A stretch of DNA of 64,000 nucleotides, taken from positions 6,360 to 70,359 of the forward strand of contig CALIJJ010000030.1 of NCBI GenBank assembly GCA_938017515.1. The letters run 5' to 3'. This DNA is from an uncultured Pseudanabaenaceae cyanobacterium (GTDB taxonomy: Bacteria; Cyanobacteriota; Cyanobacteriia; PCC-9006; JAAUQQ01). Shown one piece after another: positions 30,697 through 39,344 of this stretch (the first letter of the stretch is position 1; every line of letters starts with the position of its first letter). A model generated the notes under the pieces. The model searched no databases and was not told the DNA's origin. It saw only the letters and a list, made by a program, of their open reading frames with translations. The position numbers and the translations under genes were made by a program.

Positions 30697-33027
30697 CTAG
30701 GACGATTCCAGGATGTCGCGGGAGGCAAAATCTGGGGATGTCAGAACGAACATGGCGGTGGGTAATCCCTGGGTCATGGCCTGAACCCGCTGGTAGGAGG
30801 ACCGTAGATCATTGTCGGGATTGGCCAGACCCAGAAGAATCAGGTCGGCATTGCGGGAGGAGTGGCGCAGAATTTCGGGGAAGGGGCGATCGCCCGCCAC
30901 AATCACCTGAGCCTTGGCATCAATGCGGAACTTTTGCAGCAACCGCTGAAGGTTTTCCCGAGCCGGTTGCTCTCCTGCCTTCGCCGGAATGACCAGCTTG
31001 AGGTGAATTTCGGCATTGCGCCAGGCGTCACTGGTTTGCAGCAGGTAGGCGAGGATGAGCTTGAAGCCACCGTTGTTTTGTAGATCGCTGACCCAGACAT
31101 CAATGCGCTGAAAACGACCAAAGCCCCGGTCGAGATTGTCCTGGACAATCATGACGTTGCGGCGGGCCTTGTAGAAATTGGCCACCATATCGCAGTAGCG
31201 ATCGAGCTGTTCCTCATCCTGAGATGCCCCCAAAAGGACCGTGTTGGGGACCAGTGGGCCGAGGCCGTAGGTTTGAACCAATTGCTCTGCACCGACAAAA
31301 CGATCCTCCGCCATGATCAACCGCACCAGGCCCTCGACGCCCCGCTGCTCCATGTAGCTGCGAATCATCGACTCCGACTTTTGCTGCTGTTCCAGACTGC
31401 GGGAGCCGCTGGGCAAGATGCTGGCGACGGTGATTAGACCGCGATTGTGGGTCAGGGCCGAGGCCATTTCGATCAGGGGCCAGCGTCGGGTGGGAATACC
31501 CGAAAGGACCAAAAAGTGGGGACGCCAATTTCGACCATCGGCGTGGGGTTCGCTGCCCAGCTTCAAGATGCCCTGGCGCACGAGTGCCAGCCAAATGCCC
31601 CGACCCACGTCGCCCCAGGCGCTCTGGATTTCCTGTTGCTTGAGCCAGAGAAAGACGCCCAAAACAATCATGGCCGCCATGATGGTGGCCAGGGGATTGA
31701 TCAAAAACATCACCGCGACGCAGCCCAGGGCTCCCAGGAGGGACAGGCTCCAGTGGACACGGAAGGTTGGGCGGAATGACGGACTTTTGAGGAAGTTTTC
31801 CAGACCCGCTGCCACATTCAAGACCATGTAGGTCGTGAGGAAGAACATAGTCAGGACCGGAGCGAGCAGGTCCAGATCGCCAAAGACGACAGAGAGTAGG
31901 ACGGCGCCTAGGGTCACCAGGGTGCCAATGCGAGGTTCGTCCTCACTGCCGCTGCCCGCGCCGAGCCAGCGCAGAGATGCGGGCAGAACGCGATCGCGGG
32001 CCAGCGCCTGCAACACCCGGGGCGCACCCAAGATACTGCCCAAGGCACTGGACAATGTTGCCCCCCAAACCCCCAACAAGATTGCAGGACCCCAGAGCGC
32101 CATTCGTTCCATGACAAAGGATTCGGCTAGCAGTGTGCCCTGATCAGCCCAGCGTGCCAGGAAAAGCGGAATGATCATATAGACCAAGTAGCCCGATCCC
32201 ACAGCTGCCAGCGTCCCTTTGGGGATCGATTTGGTCGGTTCCTTTAGATCGCCGGACATCCCCACGCCGGACATGATGCCGGTGACGGCGGGGAAAAAGA
32301 CGGCGAAAACGACCCAAAATGACTCTCGGGGCTGGGCCAGGATTTCTGCTGCTTCCGGGGCCGGGGTGACGGGATGTCCAGCAAAGAAGGAGAGTAAGGA
32401 GAGGATGATCCCCCCCATGATCACGTACTGAATCTTGACCGCGAAGGCTGCTGATTTGACGGCAACGCCAGCCACTGCGAGGGCGGTGAGGACACCAATA
32501 ATTTTTTGCCCCAATACGGAAAGGGCTCCCAAGCTGACTAAGGGCACCAGGCCACTGAGCTGATTGAGAATGGTCTGGGCTTGGTCGGGATAGCTGATGG
32601 CCAAACTACGAATAAAGTCCACCATGCTCTCGGCAAAGCCGATCACATATAGCCCCACTGATAGGGTTTGGGCAATGTATAGCGGAATACCAACGGCTCC
32701 CCCCACTTCGATCCCGAGGGAGCGGCTGATCATATAGTAGGCACCGCCTGCTCGCACCACGCGATCGGTGGCGATTTCGGCAATGGACAGGGCCGTCAAA
32801 AACGTGATCGCTGTCGAGAGGGTGACAATGGCGAAGGTTCCGACGAGGCCCACTTGTCCGACCACCCAGCCGAACCGCAGGTACATGATGACGCCCAGGA
32901 TCGTCAGGATCGACGGCGTATAGACCCCGCCGAAGGTACCGAGTCCTGAGGCTTCGGTCGTTTCTGATCCGGTCTCTGCCTTCGTGCTGCCCTTGGATTT
33001 TCCAGTGAGGCTCCAGAGCTTTTTCAT
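30697..33027 (-). CDS. cation-chloride cotransporter (SLC12/APC superfamily)
   Basis: LGTFGGVYTPSILTILGVIMYLR, GGAYYMISRSLG, FFPAVTGIMSG, NWRPH and cytoplasmic C-terminal domain. Confidence 0.9.
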   Translation of the reverse strand: MKKLWSLTGKSKGSTKAETGSETTEASGLGTFGGVYTPSILTILGVIMYLRFGWVVGQVGLVGTFAIVTLSTAITFLTALSIAEIATDRVVRAGGAYYMISRSLGIEVGGAVGIPLYIAQTLSVGLYVIGFAESMVDFIRSLAISYPDQAQTILNQLSGLVPLVSLGALSVLGQKIIGVLTALAVAGVAVKSAAFAVKIQYVIMGGIILSLLSFFAGHPVTPAPEAAEILAQPRESFWVVFAVFFPAVTGIMSGVGMSGDLKEPTKSIPKGTLAAVGSGYLVYMIIPLFLARWADQGTLLAESFVMERMALWGPAILLGVWGATLSSALGSILGAPRVLQALARDRVLPASLRWLGAGSGSEDEPRIGTLVTLGAVLLSVVFGDLDLLAPVLTMFFLTTYMVLNVAAGLENFLKSPSFRPTFRVHWSLSLLGALGCVAVMFLINPLATIMAAMIVLGVFLWLKQQEIQSAWGDVGRGIWLALVRQGILKLGSEPHADGRNWRPHFLVLSGIPTRRWPLIEMASALTHNRGLITVASILPSGSRSLEQQQKSESMIRSYMEQRGVEGLVRLIMAEDRFVGAEQLVQTYGLGPLVPNTVLLGASQDEEQLDRYCDMVANFYKARRNVMIVQDNLDRGFGRFQRIDVWVSDLQNNGGFKLILAYLLQTSDAWRNAEIHLKLVIPAKAGEQPARENLQRLLQKFRIDAKAQVIVAGDRPFPEILRHSSRNADLILLGLANPDNDLRSSYQRVQAMTQGLPTAMFVLTSPDFASRDILESS

Positions 33028-33463
33028 GGTTCAACTCCAGGGGACGCGAGATGCCGTAGAAACACGGGGTGTTGGTCAAAGTGTTTACGGTACAGCAGAA
33101 CTGCTCCTTTCAAAAACATCCTTTAGAAGAGAGAATAATAGGCCGAGATGCAATCCTTTCCAGGCTCCCTGGCAAGGCAATGGCCTCCCGATTGAAAGTT
33201 GAAGATAACGGTGAAATTACCACCTATCACTTCTGACGGTTCATCATTGACAACTCAGACTCCGTAAAACGGCTATGGTCCAGTAGTGATGGGATTCGTT
33301 ACCTTGGGGAAACCTAAGGCTAGCCTGTGTGCCGTTTTTTCTGCCACATGTGAAAGCTAATTTTTCTCGACCTCTCATGGCTTGGAACAGCTTGCTCTAA
33401 ATGCTGGGTCCGTTTCGGCGCTGTTTGTGTCCTTTCCTACAGACAACTTTTCTCCGCTGTTCG

Positions 33464-34186
33464 ATGTCAGCCAACGGTTCTATGTCAATTTCTTCCACCT
33501 CTGAGTTTCCCTTAGAAAACCCACAGGCCGCACTAAACGTACCGGATTACGTTGATAATGGTTTGGTGAGTAATGCCGGTGCCTTGAACGCCGGGTTTGA
33601 GGTGGAGCAAACAGTCGGCAATGATGATGCCAAGCCATCGACCGAATTCCGCAGTCAGTTCACTGACTGTATGGAAATGTGTGCTGACGTTGCAGTGGTC
33701 GCAGAATATTTAGATAACCACCAGGACTGGTTCCGTCGCTGTGCTTCGCCCATGGGTACGAATCCCTTGGGTGACAATGGCTATGCCTTGTCCTTGGGCA
33801 AGCATGGGGCCTTGGGCTATGCTGTGGAGCCCCAAATTGGTTTGGATTTGCTGCCCCAGGATGGTGGCGTCTATCGCATTCGCACGATTGAGGTGCCTGG
33901 CTATGAACCGGCGGGGTATGACGTTGATTTCCAGGCGGCCCTGGAGTTGAATGCCGTAGACCCCACTGAAGCGGGGATAGCGGCGATGACCCATGTGGAA
34001 TGGGTGCTGGACTTGGGCGTCACCATTGAATTTCCCCGGTTTATCCAAATTCTTCCTCAAAACCTGATTCAGAACACCGGCGATCGCCTCCTCCGTCAGA
34101 TTGTCCGCCAAATCTCTCGCCGTCTGACCCGCAAGGTCCAGGAAGATTTTCACTCGAAATTTAATCTGCCCATGCCCAAAGCCTAG
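33464..34186 (+). CDS. DUF1997 family protein
   Basis: YLDNHQDWFRRCASPM, VEPQIGLDLLP, GDRLLRQIVRQISRRLTRKVQEDFH typical of this cyanobacterial family. Confidence 0.75.
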   Translation: MSANGSMSISSTSEFPLENPQAALNVPDYVDNGLVSNAGALNAGFEVEQTVGNDDAKPSTEFRSQFTDCMEMCADVAVVAEYLDNHQDWFRRCASPMGTNPLGDNGYALSLGKHGALGYAVEPQIGLDLLPQDGGVYRIRTIEVPGYEPAGYDVDFQAALELNAVDPTEAGIAAMTHVEWVLDLGVTIEFPRFIQILPQNLIQNTGDRLLRQIVRQISRRLTRKVQEDFHSKFNLPMPKA

Positions 34187-34276
34187 GGAGCCAAATCCTA
34201 GGGATCCCAAATCCTAGGGGCCCAAATCTCACGGAGGTGAGAGTGCCGCTCGGGATTGAACGCTGGGGGGCAAACG

Positions 34277-34861
34277 CTAGCGCCAGTGGAAATGGTTTTT
34301 GTTGCGATAAAAATGCAGGCGACCGTACCCGATGAACTGTGGGGCGACCTTTTCTCCTGCGGGAAAAACCGTGACACCCCAGAGATAGATTCCCGCCGAT
34401 GGTGTTTGCACCGGTCTAATGCCTAGGGTGACGGTTTGTCCGGGCTGAATCGGAGGATCAAAGCGAGTCGTTAGACTACGGTCGTCATGGTTGAGATCGA
34501 TGGATGAAACATTGGCCCGTTGCTGGCGATCGCCATCCACAAAGGCAATGGTTTCATCCAAGTCATAACGACCAAAGCGATCGGCCCCCTCATCCTGGCG
34601 AAGCACGAGCTGACCTAACGGCTCGCTGGCATCATCCGGTATGCTGACCGTGAAATAGTAGCGACCGCCCCAGGTGCGGGCCTGGGTTTGGGTCGCGCGG
34701 GCTTTGACTAGGCGCGGAACTCCGGCGAAATGAATCGTGCCGTCGGAGAATTCAACGGCGATCGCCGCACGCTGGAACAACGGTGCTAGCGAAACGAACG
34801 GCATCAATAAACTTGTGCCTAGGCTGAGGCGTAGGACAAAGGTCAATAAAGGGGATTTCAT
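34277..34861 (-). CDS. DUF2808 family secreted protein
   Basis: Signal peptide; YYFTVSIP, FDPPIQPG, GIYLWGVTVFPAG, FIGYGRLHF. Confidence 0.75.
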   Translation of the reverse strand: MKSPLLTFVLRLSLGTSLLMPFVSLAPLFQRAAIAVEFSDGTIHFAGVPRLVKARATQTQARTWGGRYYFTVSIPDDASEPLGQLVLRQDEGADRFGRYDLDETIAFVDGDRQQRANVSSIDLNHDDRSLTTRFDPPIQPGQTVTLGIRPVQTPSAGIYLWGVTVFPAGEKVAPQFIGYGRLHFYRNKNHFHWR

Positions 34862-34935
34862 CTCTCCCTCCACAAACAGCGTATGTTTCCTACTCTAGCG
34901 CTGGCCTTGGGAATCTTGCGGTCACGTCATTGTGA

Positions 34936-34984
34936 GATCAAGACTCTGCGATTAAGACTCTGCGATCAAGACTCTGCGATCAAG
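34936..34984. repeat. 14-bp tandem repeat x3.5
   Basis: GAT(C/T)AAGACTCTGC; the last partial copy contains the glycosyltransferase stop codon. Confidence 0.9.
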
Positions 34985-35720
34985 TGCGATAGTTCAGCGC
35001 CTTCAAGGCAAAGACCGGCAGTGCCAGCATCCGTCGCCAGCGCCAGGGCTCTTTGTAAAGCCGATAAACCCACTCCAAATTATTGTTGCGCAGCCAGCCC
35101 GGAGCCCGTTGCTTGGTGCCGGACCAGATATCGAAACTACCGCCGACGCCAATCCAAATGCTGTTGGGACAAATGTCACGATATTGCTGAATCCAAACTT
35201 CCTGGCGGGGCACGCCAAGACCCACGAGAATTAGCTGGGGTTGGAGCGCCTTGAGCCGTTCTCGCAACGCGACTTCGTCTTCACCCTGGATATAGCCATT
35301 TTCAACACCGATGATGTTGATCCCCGGTGCACGCTGTTGCCATTGCTCCGCAGCTGCGGTGATGATTTCAGGTTTGCCGCCGTAGAGAAAGACAGACCAA
35401 TCGTTTTGAGCCGAACGCCGCAGCATTTCCTCTGCTAGCTCAATGCCGGGACAGCGTTGGACAGCTTTGCCCCGTAGCTTGAGATAGAGCACCACACCGG
35501 CTCCGTCGGGAATAACGAGATCGGCGCGGCGAATGACCTGATCCAGGGTGGTGTTTTTTTCGGCTTCGATGGCCATTTCTGCGTTGAGCGTCACCACGTG
35601 AATGCTTTCTCCGGCGGTGAGGCGATCGCCCAGCCAATCGGCATAGCTATTCAGGAGCTGGATGGGTAGCCCCAGAACGGTGGCGGTTTCGGGTTGGGGG
35701 GAAGATGTCTGGGTGGACAT
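34980..35720 (-). CDS. WecB/TagA/CpsF family glycosyltransferase
   Basis: VTLNAE, PDGAG, VGLGVPRQE, GVGGSFD, LEWVYRL motifs. Confidence 0.93.
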   Translation of the reverse strand: MSTQTSSPQPETATVLGLPIQLLNSYADWLGDRLTAGESIHVVTLNAEMAIEAEKNTTLDQVIRRADLVIPDGAGVVLYLKLRGKAVQRCPGIELAEEMLRRSAQNDWSVFLYGGKPEIITAAAEQWQQRAPGINIIGVENGYIQGEDEVALRERLKALQPQLILVGLGVPRQEVWIQQYRDICPNSIWIGVGGSFDIWSGTKQRAPGWLRNNNLEWVYRLYKEPWRWRRMLALPVFALKALNYRT

Positions 35721-35935
35721 CGGAATCTCCGGGAATGATTCGGCCAGGACACACCATAGCAAGCTTTTGTGTCCGGCTGTTGCTGCGTTCTTTGATAAGG
35801 ATGATTACGTCCTAGATTTGACGCTTTCGGGAAACTGTTGTTAGGGTACAGGTAGGCAACGGCGGATCTGCTGTGGATTCGTGCCCAAGCCATCTTTAAT
35901 TTTTGCCATCCTCAGTTTTTCAATTACTTAGCGCC

Positions 35936-35989
35936 ATGTTCTCACCCCGATTTTACTTTTTTTGGTTTATGGAGGTTCACCGGAAGTGA
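35936..35989 (+). CDS. aromatic amino acid leader peptide MFSPRFYFFWFMEVHRK
   Basis: ATG TTC TCA CCC CGA TTT TAC TTT TTT TGG TTT ATG GAG GTT CAC CGG AAG TGA; 5 Phe, 1 Tyr, 1 Trp; directly upstream of attenuator hairpins and a DAHP synthase gene. Confidence 0.8.
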   Translation: MFSPRFYFFWFMEVHRK

Positions 35990-36048
35990 GCGCTAGGCGC
36001 TGATGCCAAAACTTCCGGTGAACCGCAGTCCAGGGGCTGCGGTTTTTT
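35974..36048 (+). promoter_or_regulatory. transcription attenuator (antiterminator plus overlapping intrinsic terminator)
   Basis: GGTTCACCGGAAGT (35974-35987) is the exact reverse complement of ACTTCCGGTGAACC (36011-36024); terminator AACCGCAGTC-CAGG-GGCTGCGGTT-TTTT (36021-36048) shares AACC with it. Confidence 0.8.
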
Positions 36049-36211
36049 GTTGGTGATTTTTCAGGTGATGTTCATTCAACCCACAAAAAACGTCCGAAGC
36101 TCCTCACGTTTAGTCTTTTTGATCGCTTTGGCCTAATTGCTCCAGCTTTGTTGCCTGGACGTTATTGCCCTCACTCATCACTTCCCGACATCCCTTAACC
36201 TGGAGAATCCT

Positions 36212-37156
36212 ATGAAATCTGCTCCCCTCGTTGGAACCAACGCATCGCCGGCCAGTTTGTCGCCAGCCAGTCCATCATCAGCCAGTCCAACCACCCGAGT
36301 TCGGGTCGGCAACAGCACGATTGGTGGCCGCGAGATTTTCATTGCTGCGGGTCCCTGCGCGATCGAAAGCACAGAACAAATGGAGGCGATCGCTTCTACC
36401 CTTGGCCCAGCTCCCATCCAAGCCCTGCGCGGCGGTATCTACAAACCCCGCACCTCACCCTACGATTTCCAGGGAATTGGCGGTGAAGGTTTCGAGATCC
36501 TGCGCCAGGTGCGTCAGCACCATGGCTTACCGGTTGTGACCGAAGTGATGGCGGTGTCTCAAATCGAAGCTCTGTCCGAAGAAGTGGATATGCTTCAGGT
36601 GGGCAGCCGCAATATGCAAAATTTTGACCTGCTCAAGGCTCTGGGACAGGCCAATCGCCCCGTTCTGCTGAAGCGAGGTCTGGCCGCAACCCTCGAAGAG
36701 TTCGTGATGGCGGCGGAATATATCGCGAGCCACGGCAATCCCAATATCGTGTTGTGCGAACGGGGCATTCGTAGCTTCGACAACTACACGCGCAACGTCT
36801 TGGATTTGGGCGGTGTTGTTGCCCTCAAGACCCTGACCCATTTGCCGGTGATTGTGGATCCGAGCCATGCGGCGGGTCGGCGGGAACTGGTGCCCAGTTT
36901 GGCACGGGCGGCGATCGCCGCAGGGGCCGATGGCCTGATCCTGGAATGTCACCCCCGTCCCGATGAATCTATTTCTGATGCCCAACAAAGCCTCTCTCTG
37001 GAAGCGACGACAGATTTGATTGAGAGTCTGCGTCCCTTAGCAGAGGCCGTGGATCGGTCGATTGCGCTGCCGATTTTTCAGCCCAAGCGAGCCCCTCAGC
37101 AAGCCCCTGAATGTACCTCTGAACGGACTCCTGAACGAGCATTACTAGTGGCTTAG
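36212..37156 (+). CDS. aroF: 3-deoxy-7-phosphoheptulonate (DAHP) synthase, type I-beta, catalytic domain only
   Basis: GPCAIES, KPRTSPYDFQG, VGSRNMQNF, LCERGIR, DPSH; ATG 36212 preceded by GGAG. Confidence 0.93.
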   Translation: MKSAPLVGTNASPASLSPASPSSASPTTRVRVGNSTIGGREIFIAAGPCAIESTEQMEAIASTLGPAPIQALRGGIYKPRTSPYDFQGIGGEGFEILRQVRQHHGLPVVTEVMAVSQIEALSEEVDMLQVGSRNMQNFDLLKALGQANRPVLLKRGLAATLEEFVMAAEYIASHGNPNIVLCERGIRSFDNYTRNVLDLGGVVALKTLTHLPVIVDPSHAAGRRELVPSLARAAIAAGADGLILECHPRPDESISDAQQSLSLEATTDLIESLRPLAEAVDRSIALPIFQPKRAPQQAPECTSERTPERALLVA

Positions 37157-37175
37157 AGCTTGCTCAGGGGCAGGA

Positions 37176-37583
37176 TTACTGGGGACGGGTGGCGATCGCC
37201 AGCTTCACGCCCTCCAATTTGCGGAGTTGATCCATCACCTCGACAACGAGGCCGTGGTTGACGCTTTCATCGGCATTGAGAATCACCAGTAGCTCAGGCT
37301 TTTGCCCTTTAACCGTTTGGATGCGCTTGGCGAGTGTCTCTAAGGTGACTTCATCGCGATTGAGATAAACCGCCCCGTCGGGTTGAATTGTGACTAGGGC
37401 ATCGAGATTATTCTGCTGGAGCCGTGAAGTCACGGCCCCCGGCAAGTTGACGGGTAAACTCTCCACCCGTGTCAGCGTCAGCGTTGACATAATCAAGAAT
37501 GCCAAAATGGCAAAGATCACATCGATCATCGGCAGGATATTAATCTGAGCGGGCAATTCGGGGTCGTCGTCGTGGAGGCGCAT
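37176..37583 (-). CDS. exbD: ExbD/TolR biopolymer transport protein
   Basis: INILPMIDVIFAIL TM motif with conserved Asp; NADE. Confidence 0.9.
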   Translation of the reverse strand: MRLHDDDPELPAQINILPMIDVIFAILAFLIMSTLTLTRVESLPVNLPGAVTSRLQQNNLDALVTIQPDGAVYLNRDEVTLETLAKRIQTVKGQKPELLVILNADESVNHGLVVEVMDQLRKLEGVKLAIATRPQ

Positions 37584-37633
37584 GGGAAATGTGGCGGAGA
37601 GAATCTGGGCTGAAGTGGCATTTTGGCCATGGT

Positions 37634-38314
37634 CTATCGCACTTGGCCAGAACGTTGGCTAGGTTTAGGCCGTGGGGGATTTCCTTTGCGGTCCTGGAGC
37701 TGATGACGACGATAGAGCAGTTCGAGTTGCCCACCGTACTCTTCGATGAGGGCACGCTGTCGCCGATACAACCCACGAAAAGCGTTGGCAAACAGTAGAA
37801 CAATAATGGCAATGATAAGTCCCGTTGCGGTAGAAACTAAAGCCTCGCTGATGCCGCCCGTGACGGCTTCCGTTTGAGTCGTGTCGCCACTGCCCAAGTT
37901 GAGAGAGGCGAAGGAGGAAATCAAACCCAGAACCGTTCCCAGCAAACCGAGCAACGGAGCCGCTGCAATAACGGTGTCAAAGACGGTATTAAACCGGCGC
38001 AATACCGGGAGTTCAGCTTGGCCTGCGCTTTCTAAGGCGAGACGAAATTCGTCTGGGGTAGCATATTCCAACTCAACGGCGGAGAGAAAAATGCGGGCGA
38101 TGGGTAAGTCAGCATTTTGCTTCAGCTTTTTGTAGGCCATGGCAGGACTGTCGCGGTAGAGCTTCAGCACCTCCCGTACAAGCGGATCCTGGCGCTGAAG
38201 CAGACCGGCCCAAAAGAAAATGCGCTCGATGATGAGGGCGATCGCCACCACCGAAAACATCAGTAGCGGCAGCATCACAATGCCCCCGGCCTGTAAGAGC
38301 GACAGAATCGACAT
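37634..38314 (-). CDS. exbB: MotA/TolQ/ExbB proton channel protein
   Basis: APLLGLLGTVLGLI, GISEALVSTATGL. Confidence 0.9.
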   Translation of the reverse strand: MSILSLLQAGGIVMLPLLMFSVVAIALIIERIFFWAGLLQRQDPLVREVLKLYRDSPAMAYKKLKQNADLPIARIFLSAVELEYATPDEFRLALESAGQAELPVLRRFNTVFDTVIAAAPLLGLLGTVLGLISSFASLNLGSGDTTQTEAVTGGISEALVSTATGLIIAIIVLLFANAFRGLYRRQRALIEEYGGQLELLYRRHQLQDRKGNPPRPKPSQRSGQVR

Positions 38315-38448
38315 CCCGCTTAGTACCTATGGTAAATACGTAGAAAATTGCCGTCACCATAGTAACCGTCCACTGAAAATCGACGATAGGGGGCTATGCC
38401 AGTTGATATGCTGATTTTTGTCGCCAGAAACGGATATCGGAAACGGTC

Positions 38449-39312
38449 ATGGAATACGGCTTGATTGGCACAGGTTTGATGGGAGCCCCGATGGCACTGC
38501 GGTTGCATAATGCGGGATTGGAGATGACTATCTACAACCGCACAACTGAGAAGGTGCAGCACCTTGCGGAGTTTGGCATCGCCATTGCCGGGTCTCCCCA
38601 AGCCCTTGCTGGTGTGGTGGATTGTGTCATTTTGATGCTGACCGATGCCCATGCCATCCGCGAATTGATTTTGACGGATGCGGTCAAGGCAGCGCTGGCG
38701 GGAAAAACTGTCATCCAGATGGGAACTATTGGACCTAGCGAGAGTCAGGATATTGCAAAAGAGCTTGAGGAAGCAGGGATTCAGTATTTAGAAGCCCCTG
38801 TGCTGGGCAGTATTCCCCAGGTGCAAGATGGGTCACTCTTGCTCATGGTCGGTAGTACGCCGGAGCAGTTCGGGCGGTGGCAGTCGCTTCTACAACACTT
38901 CGGGGAAAGCGTTCGCCACATTGGCCCGGTGGGTACTGCGATGGCCCTAAAGTTATCTCTCAATCAACTGATTGCCAGCTTGACCAACAGCTTCGCCCTC
39001 AGCTTGGCATTTGCCAATCAGAATCAGGTGCCTGTGGAGCAATTCATGGAGATTCTGCGGGAGAGTGCCCTGTACGCACCAACCTTTGATAAGAAGTTGG
39101 CGCGGATGCAGGAACACAATTTTGAGAATCCAAATTTTCCAACTAAGCACCTGCTGAAGGATGTACAACTCTTTTTGAAAGAGGCTTCGACGCTAGAGTT
39201 GCAGACCGGCAACCTCAATGGCACGGAGCGAATTTTGGAAAAGGCGATCGCCCTGGGTCTTGGAGACCTGGATTATTCCGCGATCGCCGCCGCCGTTGAA
39301 CCCCGCGAATAG
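38449..39312 (+). CDS. beta-hydroxyacid dehydrogenase (3-hydroxyisobutyrate dehydrogenase / glyoxylate reductase family)
   Basis: GTGLMG, YNRT, EAPVLGS, catalytic Lys in LKLSLN, KHLLKD. Confidence 0.88.
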   Translation: MEYGLIGTGLMGAPMALRLHNAGLEMTIYNRTTEKVQHLAEFGIAIAGSPQALAGVVDCVILMLTDAHAIRELILTDAVKAALAGKTVIQMGTIGPSESQDIAKELEEAGIQYLEAPVLGSIPQVQDGSLLLMVGSTPEQFGRWQSLLQHFGESVRHIGPVGTAMALKLSLNQLIASLTNSFALSLAFANQNQVPVEQFMEILRESALYAPTFDKKLARMQEHNFENPNFPTKHLLKDVQLFLKEASTLELQTGNLNGTERILEKAIALGLGDLDYSAIAAAVEPRE

Positions 39313-39344
39313 GTCACGGAAAGAGCGAAAAGCAATCGTGATGT

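Noticed and set aside
37176..38314. exbBD without tonB as an unusual system
   Set aside because: Unlinked exbBD pairs are common in cyanobacteria
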